Assembly: GCA_964633375.1 (NCBI GenBank)
Contig: CAZWGJ010000002.1
Location: 1 to 53,780 of the forward strand
DNA length: 53,780 nt
Source: an uncultured Desulfovibrio sp.
GTDB lineage: Bacteria > Desulfobacterota > Desulfovibrionia > Desulfovibrionales > Desulfovibrionaceae
Direction of reading: 5' to 3'
The position numbers were made by a program, and so were the translations under genes. The notes beneath the pieces were generated by a model, which was not told the DNA's origin, did no database searches, and saw only the letters and a list, made by a program, of their open reading frames with translations. Positions 43,397 to 53,780 of the stretch are shown here, one piece after another. Each line of letters starts with the position of its first letter. Within the stretch, counting starts at the first letter, position 1.

Positions 43397-44308
43397 CTAT
43401 CTTGCGTGCGCCTGGTTCAACAGCAGGAAGAGGCGCGACATCATGGCTTCTATCACCCTGCCCGGCGACACGTTCGCCCGAATCTTGGCTCGGGCATCGT
43501 CCAGCCAGATGCTCAGGTTTGCCAGTATATGGGGACTAATGCTTCCCAGCAGGCCGTCCAAGTGCTGCTCTGACTTCTTCTGCGTCAGGCAGCGCAGCAA
43601 AGACATCTGCATGATGTCCAGCAGCATGAAAGCCTGCGCCGCATCAAAGGACTTAAGCGCCGTCTTGCTGAACAGCCCTCTTCCGGTCTGAAGGAAGGTC
43701 ACGGCTGCTGCCGCCAGGTCCCTGCGGGCTTCGTCATCCGGCTCAGCCTCAGGATCCGGCCACGGCAGGGTCAGGCAGTGCGACCTGGAAACCAGGGTCG
43801 GCAGTATCTGCCCCCGCTGCGGAGCCAGTATCACGAACAGGTTGAAGGGCGACGGCTCTTCCAGAACCTTGAGCAGTGCATTGGCTGCCTCATTCATGCT
43901 GCTGCGCGCCGCATCAATGCCGATCAGGATGACGATTCTGAAGCCGTTGCCATCGGGTGCATCCTTAAGCCTGCCTCTTAGAATACGTGCATTACCAACA
44001 GTAAGTGCTCTAATAGGCTCTGGCTCATCCTCATCCTTTCTGCCGGGGATACGGGCGTCAAAGGCCAGCACGTCGCGGTTTTCCTGCGCTGCAATCTGCC
44101 TGCAGGTGTCGCAGGAAAGGCAGGGCCCGTCTGCGGTCACATGCTCGCAGCTGCACAGGCAGGCCCACCACCTTGCCATTTCCAGACGCTGATCCTCGCT
44201 GCCTCCTTCCATAAGCAGCACCTGCGGAGGCGCCGCCTTCAGCATCTTCAGTTTATCCTTCAGAGCCTCAAAGGCAGGACTTTCTATGTCTGGAAACAAG
44301 GACTCCAT
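43397..44308 (-). CDS. holB: DNA polymerase III subunit delta'
   Basis: Zinc module C..PCLSCDTC, EAANALLKVLEEP, ILPTLVSRS and a degenerate Walker A. Confidence 0.85.
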   Translation of the reverse strand: MESLFPDIESPAFEALKDKLKMLKAAPPQVLLMEGGSEDQRLEMARWWACLCSCEHVTADGPCLSCDTCRQIAAQENRDVLAFDARIPGRKDEDEPEPIRALTVGNARILRGRLKDAPDGNGFRIVILIGIDAARSSMNEAANALLKVLEEPSPFNLFVILAPQRGQILPTLVSRSHCLTLPWPDPEAEPDDEARRDLAAAAVTFLQTGRGLFSKTALKSFDAAQAFMLLDIMQMSLLRCLTQKKSEQHLDGLLGSISPHILANLSIWLDDARAKIRANVSPGRVIEAMMSRLFLLLNQAHAR

Positions 44309-44333
44309 AACAGGTCAGGCCAGGTGCGGCGGA

Positions 44334-45614
<1,281 letters not shown>

Positions 45615-46075
45615 TTAAATACCCTTATAGTTCGCAACTGGCCATGTGTGCCGCCTCTCTGGCACAACGCAGGGCTTGTGCGCCCTATTGCCAATCCCGT
45701 ACTCCGGCAATGACCAGAATCGCAGCACCTGACAAATACCCGTCCGGCAACCCGTCCAGGAGAACCATCTTCAAGACGTAGGTGAAGACGATGCATGTCC
45801 TTAAGGCACTGCTGCCCTCAGCACCAGACAGAAGCCGAAGCTGCTGCCAGGCACAAGCACCAGGAGAAGCCTGCGGCATACAACTCTCTGCCAGCCGGCT
45901 TTCCCTCATGCGCAGAACTGCGCTGCCATGGGATGCATAAATACTACACTGCGCCAAAAAGCAGCGCTCGTGAAAAGAAGCACGTATGTTCTTCCCATAT
46001 GCACACGTCTTTGCAAAATACGTCTATTTTTTGGGACTGACAAGCAGGAAACAAGCCTCCTGTCCCTTTTAGGCA

Positions 46076-46091
46076 GCTTTCACGTGAAAGA
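46076..46091. promoter_or_regulatory. parS-like site (degenerate)
   Basis: GCTTTCACGTGAAAGA, with a 14-bp perfect palindromic core and 3 mismatches to TGTTTCACGTGAAACA. Confidence 0.55.
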
Positions 46092-46264
46092 AACCGCAGG
46101 AAATCGCCTGCCGGCATCCGACAAGCCCAACGTCAGGAAAAAATTGAAACCCCGCTATGGATATGATAATTCTACCAGCTGATTATTGCTCACCTTGCAC
46201 ATGAGTCCTGGAGGCTGCGCACCTGCTGCGAACTCCAAGACTTGGGACCTATGGAGAGGGACAT

Positions 46265-47542
<1,278 letters not shown>

Positions 47543-47570
47543 TCGCAAACATCAACCTTTGGCAGTACCC

Positions 47571-49088
47571 ATGTCCGAATACACGCCACAGCCCAATGAC
47601 GATGCCATAAACGGCAGCGAGTGCGTCCTCCAAGGCGTCATGTCCTGCACTCTGCCGCGTCTTGTCATCTCCTCCACCTCGGGCGGCGGCGGCAAAACGA
47701 TGCTCAGCCTTGGTCTGGCACGGCATCTGCGCAACGCAGGACATGCGGTACTGCCTATAAAAAAGGGCCCGGACTATATAGACGCAGCCTGGCTTGCTGC
47801 CGCAGCCGGCCGCCCTGCTTCCAACCTGGACCCTTACGTGCTGGATGCCGCAGGCCTCAGGGCGCAGCTTGCGAATGCCAGGCAGTCCCTTATTGCAGAC
47901 AGCGAGCAGCCGCACGCCTTTGCCGTTATAGAAGGCAACCGGGGGCTCTTCGACGGAATGGACGTCTCTGGGTCCTGCTCCACTGCAACCCTGGCACGCG
48001 ACTTGTCAGCGCCGATTCTGCTCACCCTCAACGTGACCAAAATGACCCGCACGGTGGCAGCCCTTCTGCAGGGGCTGGCCGGCTTTGAAAAGGGGCTGCA
48101 TTTTGCAGGGGTCATACTGAACCGCACAGGCTCGGCACGGCATGCAGACTACATCCGCCGCTCCATAGAAGAGTACACAGACTTTGAAGTGCTGGGAGAG
48201 CTGCCAAGGCAGCAAAAAAACCTCCTCCCCGAACGCCACATGGGCATTGCCTCGCTTAAAGGCGACAGCCTGTCCGAGTCGGCAGAGGAAACCCTTGATA
48301 GCCTTGCCGGCTTTGTCAGCGCCAACGTTGACGTCGACAAGATCGTCTCCAAGGCTTCCCTTGCTCCGGATCTTGAAGCCGGACCCTTCTGGCGCACCCC
48401 TGTTGCTGCGCCCAAGGAGAGGCCAGCCATAGGGTACGTCCGGGATGCCTGCCTGTGGTTCTACTACCGTGAGAACCTGGAGGCGCTGGAAAGAGCCGGC
48501 GCAAGACTTGTCCGCCTCTCCCTCTTTGATGCAGAGCCCTGGTCCTTCAGCGGATCAGACGCCCTGGACGCCGTCTACTTTGGCGGCGGCTTCCCCGAAG
48601 ACTACCTCGACCAGCTTTCAGCAAGCCCCAGGCTCAAGGAACTGGCCCTGATGGCAGAACAGGGGCTGCCCGTCTATGCCGAATGCGGCGGGCTGATGGT
48701 CCTTGCAAGGAGCATCAGCAAGGACGGCAGGAAATGGCCTATGGCCAATGTCCTGCCCGTAGACATCGTGGTTGACAAAAGGCCCAAGGGGCTTGGCTAT
48801 GTGCAGGGCGAAGTCCTGCACGACACCCCCTTCTATCCCAAGGGCTTTGCCCTGCAGGGGCATGAGTTCCACTACTCCCTGGCCGATGCAGGCACCATGA
48901 AGCCTGAGGACGCAGCCCTCAAGCTCACCCGCGGCACAGGCCTCAACAACGGGCTGGACGCCGTCGTCAGCAATGCCGTCTGGGGCTCCTACACCCACAT
49001 CTTCGCTCCGGCTGTGCCCTCATGGGCAGCCAGGTTCTGCGAGCTGGCTGCCCAATGGCACAATGCGCACAGCCCAAAGCAGAATTGA
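47571..49088 (+). CDS. Cobyrinate a,c-diamide synthase family amidase, DsrN-like
   Basis: GGGGKT, KKGPDYID, EGNRGLFDG, TKMTRTVAA, PERHMG, GGGFPE, YAECGG, GHEFHYS and YTH. Start may be 47640. Confidence 0.88.
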   Translation: MSEYTPQPNDDAINGSECVLQGVMSCTLPRLVISSTSGGGGKTMLSLGLARHLRNAGHAVLPIKKGPDYIDAAWLAAAAGRPASNLDPYVLDAAGLRAQLANARQSLIADSEQPHAFAVIEGNRGLFDGMDVSGSCSTATLARDLSAPILLTLNVTKMTRTVAALLQGLAGFEKGLHFAGVILNRTGSARHADYIRRSIEEYTDFEVLGELPRQQKNLLPERHMGIASLKGDSLSESAEETLDSLAGFVSANVDVDKIVSKASLAPDLEAGPFWRTPVAAPKERPAIGYVRDACLWFYYRENLEALERAGARLVRLSLFDAEPWSFSGSDALDAVYFGGGFPEDYLDQLSASPRLKELALMAEQGLPVYAECGGLMVLARSISKDGRKWPMANVLPVDIVVDKRPKGLGYVQGEVLHDTPFYPKGFALQGHEFHYSLADAGTMKPEDAALKLTRGTGLNNGLDAVVSNAVWGSYTHIFAPAVPSWAARFCELAAQWHNAHSPKQN

Positions 49089-49219
49089 GCAAACAGGCAG
49101 ACGCCATAAACCCAAAGGCAAAAGAAAGCCCCGCATTCCGGCAGGACCGAAAACACGGGGCAGCATTTGCGTGCGGCAGCAAACCACGAACTTCACTGCC
49201 TGCACAAAAGAGTCTTTTT

Positions 49220-49690
49220 TTACTTCTTCCAGAGCGAACTGTACTTCGCACTGAGGCCGTCTGTCTTTTCGACCAGCTTGGCGACAAGCCCATCGACCTC
49301 ATCTGCTGTGACCGTGCCCACCTGCCTGTCCAGCAGCATGTGGAGGTAGCCGTTGGCCTGGCTGAAGGCCCAGGTGACGGAATAGGCGCTGCCTACAGAA
49401 GGACGGGAAGGAAATTCCGACACGGTGGAGATGAGCACCATCATCTTGGGCTCATCGTTGTTGTTCAGCTTGAACAAGCTGGACTTGTTGAATGCCTCTT
49501 TCAGCCCTGTTCCAAGCTTGGCGCCTATGCTGTCGGTGCCGTCGGCCTGCACAGCCACGGAAGTCGTGCGCACATCAACTTTTGCCGGATTATTGGGCAC
49601 AGCGGCAGACTTGTCTTCCGCTGCCCAGGCTGGCGCCGAGCAGGCAAGAACCAGGCATATAGTCAGAATGCGGGCAAAAACAGTAGTCAT
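49220..49690 (-). CDS. Hypothetical exported protein
   Basis: Signal peptide ...LVLACSAPAWA-A and GGAGA RBS. Confidence 0.8.
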   Translation of the reverse strand: MTTVFARILTICLVLACSAPAWAAEDKSAAVPNNPAKVDVRTTSVAVQADGTDSIGAKLGTGLKEAFNKSSLFKLNNNDEPKMMVLISTVSEFPSRPSVGSAYSVTWAFSQANGYLHMLLDRQVGTVTADEVDGLVAKLVEKTDGLSAKYSSLWKK

Positions 49691-49981
49691 ATGCTTCTCC
49701 ATCAAACGACTGTTTGAATCATCATACAATACGGGTTGCGTGAAACAGAATGCAGTGAATCAATGGTGGAAAACTACCATATCCAGCTGCTGGTTTCAAT
49801 TTCCGACTTGCGCAAGTATTGGGTAATGGCTCTCTTTTTTTTCCAAGCTCCTGCTTTGCAAGGCATTTCCCGGTCTGTCCGATGCCCCTTGCTCTGCTGG
49901 CCGTCTGCCGGAAGCCTATGGTCCGTTTAAGATAGACGAGTCAGACAAAAGAAGTTACACATGCGGGTGGAGGTAACATCT

Positions 49982-51346
49982 ATGCGCACCCCGCTTATCA
50001 AAGCAATTCTCAACTCCGAGGCTCCCAGCCCGGAGGTCTCAGTCTGCGGCTGGATCCGTACACGCCGCGACGGGAAAGGCGTAACCTTCCTTGAACTCAA
50101 CGACGGTTCCTGCCTGACCAATCTGCAATGTGTCATCGACGCCGGAACAGACGCCGCCGCCAGCCTTGGCGACAACAGCACAGGCTCTGCCGTGCGCGTC
50201 ACAGGCAAACTTGTGCCTTCTCCCGGCAAGGGGCAGCGCTGGGAAATCCAGGCTCAGGCAGTCCAGGTCTTCGGCGGAGCCGACCCTGAATCCTATCCGC
50301 TGCAAAAGAAGCGCCATTCCGACGAATTTCTGCGCACCATCGCGCATCTCCGCCCGCGCACCAACAAATACTCGGCAGCCTTCCGCATCCGCTCTGAGGC
50401 AGCCACAGCCATCCACAACTTCTTCCATAAGGAAGGCTTCTACCAGGTGCACACGCCTGTCCTCACCGGCTCAGACTGCGAGGGCGCAGGCGAGATGTTC
50501 AGGGTGACCACCCTGCCTCCAGGCGAAAAAGACCTGTCCCGAGACTTCTTCAACCGCTCCTGCCAGCTGACCGTCTCAGGGCAGCTTGAGGCAGAGGCCC
50601 TGGCCATGGGCCTGGGGCGCGTTTATTCCTTTGGCACAACCTTCAGGGCAGAGAACTCCAATACTCCCCGCCATGCAGCCGAATTTGTCATGGTTGAGCC
50701 TGAAATGGCGTTTGCCGACCTGTCCGACCTGCAGGACCTTGCCGAGAACCTTGTCCACAGCGTCACCAGCTACGTCCTTGAGCACTGCGAAGAGGACATC
50801 GCCCTTTTCGACCGCTTTGTCGAAAAAGGGCTTTTGGAGAGGCTCCAGGTCATAGCGCATGAGCCCTTTGCCCGCGTCACCTACAAGGACGCTGTCCGCA
50901 TCCTTGAGACCAGCGGCAAAGAGTTCGTCTTCCCTGCCTCCTATGGCGTCGACCTGCAGACCGAGCACGAACGCTTCCTTGCCGAGGAATACTTTGGCAA
51001 GGCAACCATAGTCACAGACTACCCGCGCGAGATTAAAGCGTTCTACATGCGCCTCAACGACGACGATGAGACCGTGGCTGCCATGGACGTCCTCGTACCC
51101 CGCATCGGCGAGCTCATCGGCGGCTCCCAGCGTGAAGAGCGTCTGGACCTCCTCAAGCACCGCATCATGGAGCTGGGGCAGCAGCTGTCGGACTACGACT
51201 GGTATCTGGACCTGCGCCGCTTCGGCACCAACCCGCACAGCGGTTTTGGACTGGGCTTTGAAAGGCTCATCATGCTGCTCACCGGCATCAGCAACATCCG
51301 CGACGTCATCCCCTTCCCGCGCACGCCAGGGAACCTGTCCTTCTAA
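49982..51346 (+). CDS. asnS: Asparagine--tRNA ligase
   Basis: LNDGS, YPLQKKRH, HLRPRTN, DCEGAGEMF, LTVSGQL, FRAENSNT, DLQTEHER, GGSQRE and GLGFER. Confidence 0.98.
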   Translation: MRTPLIKAILNSEAPSPEVSVCGWIRTRRDGKGVTFLELNDGSCLTNLQCVIDAGTDAAASLGDNSTGSAVRVTGKLVPSPGKGQRWEIQAQAVQVFGGADPESYPLQKKRHSDEFLRTIAHLRPRTNKYSAAFRIRSEAATAIHNFFHKEGFYQVHTPVLTGSDCEGAGEMFRVTTLPPGEKDLSRDFFNRSCQLTVSGQLEAEALAMGLGRVYSFGTTFRAENSNTPRHAAEFVMVEPEMAFADLSDLQDLAENLVHSVTSYVLEHCEEDIALFDRFVEKGLLERLQVIAHEPFARVTYKDAVRILETSGKEFVFPASYGVDLQTEHERFLAEEYFGKATIVTDYPREIKAFYMRLNDDDETVAAMDVLVPRIGELIGGSQREERLDLLKHRIMELGQQLSDYDWYLDLRRFGTNPHSGFGLGFERLIMLLTGISNIRDVIPFPRTPGNLSF

Positions 51347-51372
51347 AGAAACGACGCACACAACGACTAAAT

Positions 51373-51404
51373 AGACCTTCCCGATTTCTCAGGAAGGTCT
51401 TTTT
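51373..51404 (+). terminator. asnS terminator
   Basis: AGACCTTCC...GGAAGGTCT TTTT. Confidence 0.8.
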
Positions 51405-51459
51405 GTTTCTACCAAGGGAGGAGGTAAGACTGCAAAAAAAAACGATTTCGGGGGCTTTG

Positions 51460-51912
51460 CTATCCTTTGGGGGTGTTCAGGATGCGCCAGACAGTCATAT
51501 GGCTGATGTCGTCGACGATGCCGCGCTCGACTGCCTTGCCTGCCAGAAGACGCAACGTCCACTTCTTGTGCCCGACAGGGGGATTGCTGGTCGCAAGGTT
51601 CCGCAGCGCCTCTTCAATGCTGCAGCCAAACTTGGAAGGACGTGCCTGCCTGACCCGATGATTAAGCCCCAGGGCGGCATCCATGCCGATAGTTAAAAAC
51701 TTTTCCTTGATGTGGGCCAGGGTCCTGTCGCTGACGCCGATGGTCTCTGACACCTTTGATATGGTCCAGCGGTACTCAGCGAACTCCCCCTTGTCCAGCA
51801 GCAGCAGTGCACGCGCATAGCGGCCGGCCTTGTTGTTGGCGCCTGCGGCGACCATCTTCTTCAGCTGGGAGACTTCGTTCTTCTTTAAGGTAACACGGTA
51901 CTGCTTGCCCAT
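51460..51912 (-). CDS. IS630-family transposase N-terminal HTH domain, stand-alone with no DDE domain
   Basis: YRVTL..E..L, RARALLLLD-like, PPVGHKKWTLRLLA and ISHMTVWRIL. Stops at LNTPKG. AAGGAG RBS. Confidence 0.85.
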   Translation of the reverse strand: MGKQYRVTLKKNEVSQLKKMVAAGANNKAGRYARALLLLDKGEFAEYRWTISKVSETIGVSDRTLAHIKEKFLTIGMDAALGLNHRVRQARPSKFGCSIEEALRNLATSNPPVGHKKWTLRLLAGKAVERGIVDDISHMTVWRILNTPKG

Positions 51913-51996
51913 GTTGTGCTCCTTGGCTTGCTTCTCCGCGCCCCCAAACGGCAGGCGCTCTAAAATAGAAATAGAAATTGAAAATGAATTTCGGAC

Positions 51997-52025
51997 AATC
52001 TAGCCTAAAACATTTTCTCTGACAA
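51997..52025 (-). promoter_or_regulatory. Sigma70-type promoter for the IS630-HTH gene
   Basis: Minus strand TTGTCA-N17-TAGATT. Confidence 0.55.
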
Positions 52026-52276
52026 GACCTTCCCTGACGTAAAATTTGATCCCCTGCCGGTCCGCATGCACTCAAACGATGAGCATCCGACAACAGCCCC
52101 AACAGCAAAGCCTAAACGAAATGCTGCGCTCTTCCACAAACGATTCAAAAGACGTTTAGAGCAATTCTTCAAGCGACCATGCCACGGCATATGTAAAGAC
52201 AGCCTCGGTTTCACAGAACCTGACCACGACGGCATTTCACCCTCTCTTACTCGTTTACACTGTCTGCCTCTCACAT

Positions 52277-52292
52277 TGTTTCACGTGAAACA
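52277..52292. promoter_or_regulatory. parS centromere site (perfect)
   Basis: TGTTTCACGTGAAACA. Confidence 0.92.
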
Positions 52293-52441
52293 TACGATTG
52301 CCTCCAATGACAGCAGAATCCGTGTACAGCAGAGGATGCCCGCCCAGAGGACTGCCGCTGCCGCAATCCACATTATTTTTCACATCCCCTGCAGGGATGA
52401 CTCTTTTCTTCCACCGGCTTTTGGCTGTCTGTCAGACGCAG

Positions 52442-52457
52442 TGTTTCACGCGAATCA
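52442..52457. promoter_or_regulatory. parS site (2 mismatches)
   Basis: TGTTTCACGCGAATCA. Confidence 0.7.
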
Positions 52458-52621
52458 TGCGGCTGGTCCCAACTGCAGCAGACTATAATACCGCCCGCTT
52501 TCCCAGCACAGCAGCAGGCTCCATGCACAGCAGGAGAACATCTTCTCTTCTGCCCTGGAAGCTGAAGCCTGGAGCATTGCGGACTCTTCACTGCCTTTCA
52601 TGCCCTGTTTGTCAGGTACAG

Positions 52622-52637
52622 TGTTTCACGTGAAACA
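52622..52637. promoter_or_regulatory. parS centromere site (perfect)
   Basis: TGTTTCACGTGAAACA. Confidence 0.92.
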
Positions 52638-52690
52638 TTGCCCATCCTGCAATGAAGGAGCGTCCAACGCTGCCCTCTTTATAACCTAAA

Positions 52691-53780
52691 TCAGCCCTGA
52701 ACCTCTGCGGACACGGTACGTTCAGCCTCCTTCATAACTGCATCATATTCAGCCAGACATGAAGAGACCTCTTCAATCATCTCACGTGTCTTTCTGGCGG
52801 ACACTCCGATTCTAAGGGCTTCTGCCAGCAAATCATCGTCCGTGATGTTGACGCCCTTGCCGTTCACCATTGCCGTCTGCCCGCCATTGATGCCGCCCGA
52901 CTTTGTCAGGTCATACGCCGGAGCCAGTTTCCATTTGTTGCTTTCATCCAGCATGAAGCTGAAATTTTTGCTGTGGTCGTCCTTGTTGCCTGCTTTGACG
53001 TTGAAAATCATCAGCCGAACCATTTGCTCAACGTCCTGGTAGTTCTTCGTAAGAACCTGCGTCAGTTTCAGCAAAGCGGCATAGTCCAGACTTTGCAGCC
53101 CGTTATCGGCATGGAGCAGCCCGCAGGCTGAATGGATATGAACTTTACCCTTCCCTGTCCTGTCAAACCTCTTAACCCCAAAATGGCCGCAGCCCAGTTT
53201 TGACGGGAACAAATGGGTCTCGGGCATGACAATGCCGGCCTTCCTGGCAAGCACCGAGCAGACGTATTCCTGCAAGCCGCTCTCTCTTCTGTCCGTCCTG
53301 TTTGAAAGCTTGATACGCCACGGCGAGAAGCCGTCTGGTGCGGCCTGTTTCCCGTGAACAATCTTTCTTTTGTCGTCAGAAACCAATGCGGCAATCTTGG
53401 GCTGGGCGCCGCCGGCTGCACCGCTCAGCTTGGCCAGTTCATCCAGCATCCTGCATGGCTGCCCCTCCAGCAGGGCATCTGCATCGCACGCCAAGTCGTC
53501 TAAATGTACGGAGAGCTGACCGTCTTCCGAACAGCCTGCCTCTGCGGGCTCATACTCCAGCGCTCCAAAGGAATTTGAACCAACCAGGGAAAGCCTGCTC
53601 AGAGGGCTGAGTTCGCCATAGGCAATCCCAGACTTTTGCAGCTTCCTGTCCAGCAGCAGACGCCCCCAGACACCGGGCAGACTGTCGTAAAACACACCAA
53701 AGAGGCCGTTAAACAGCAGAGGTCCTTCAACTACCCCAGGCTTCAAGGGCAGGTGAAACGGAGACAGTTCTGTTTCACGT
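52691..53780 (-). CDS. hipA: HipA family Ser/Thr kinase toxin, 5'-truncated by the window edge
   Basis: ELSPFHLPL, DSLPGVWGR, GALEYEP, GGAQPK, FGVKRFDR, GNKDDHSKNFSF and LAPAYDL. Confidence 0.92.
   Translation of the reverse strand, partial: RETELSPFHLPLKPGVVEGPLLFNGLFGVFYDSLPGVWGRLLLDRKLQKSGIAYGELSPLSRLSLVGSNSFGALEYEPAEAGCSEDGQLSVHLDDLACDADALLEGQPCRMLDELAKLSGAAGGAQPKIAALVSDDKRKIVHGKQAAPDGFSPWRIKLSNRTDRRESGLQEYVCSVLARKAGIVMPETHLFPSKLGCGHFGVKRFDRTGKGKVHIHSACGLLHADNGLQSLDYAALLKLTQVLTKNYQDVEQMVRLMIFNVKAGNKDDHSKNFSFMLDESNKWKLAPAYDLTKSGGINGGQTAMVNGKGVNITDDDLLAEALRIGVSARKTREMIEEVSSCLAEYDAVMKEAERTVSAEVQG
53771..53780. promoter_or_regulatory. Probable parS site cut by the window end, inside hipA
   Basis: TGTTTCACGT is the first 10 of 16 consensus bases. 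Confidence 0.6.

Noticed and set aside
46100..46264. ZMP/ZTP riboswitch upstream of purH
   Set aside because: The conserved GACUGGCG and CGCCUGGGC elements were not found.
49732..49747. Additional parS (CGGGTTGCGTGAAACA)
   Set aside because: Only one half-site matches, with five mismatches overall.
51913..52690. oriC, or real genes in the parS intergenic region
   Set aside because: No cluster of TTATCCACA DnaA boxes. The short ORFs lack an RBS or recognisable homology, and FHVKH in one of them is just the translated parS.

Overview
A GC-rich stretch of core chromosome from a sulfate-reducing bacterium of the Desulfovibrionaceae. The assignment is inferred from nrfHA, a DsrN-like amidase, a DVU0298-family gene, a split atpZIBE-rex unit and a PurH lacking its IMPCH domain. 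Most genes are housekeeping: hemW, thiL, a UvrD/PcrA helicase, folD, eno, coaX, mreBCD-mrdA-rodA, gap, queA, coaBC, proB, obgE, rpmA, rplU, rlmD, holB, purA and asnS. The most notable locus is a surface-glycan cluster (5.3-14.1 kb). It combines a KdnB-like sugar oxidoreductase, a DegT aminotransferase, a degenerate cytidylyltransferase/PseG-like fusion, an SpsF-like cytidylyltransferase, WbaP and an O-antigen ligase, which suggests an amino-ulosonic acid pathway of unknown product. A cluster of parS sites at 46-53.8 kb suggests proximity to the replication origin, and one site appears to lie inside a hipA toxin gene. Accessory pieces are a frameshifted autotransporter remnant, an orphan HTH-like gene with a strong promoter, an AT-rich zinc-ribbon gene, and a stand-alone IS630-type HTH gene with its own expression signals. 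I found no CRISPR array, tRNA or rRNA. All family assignments come from motif recognition by eye, not from database searches.
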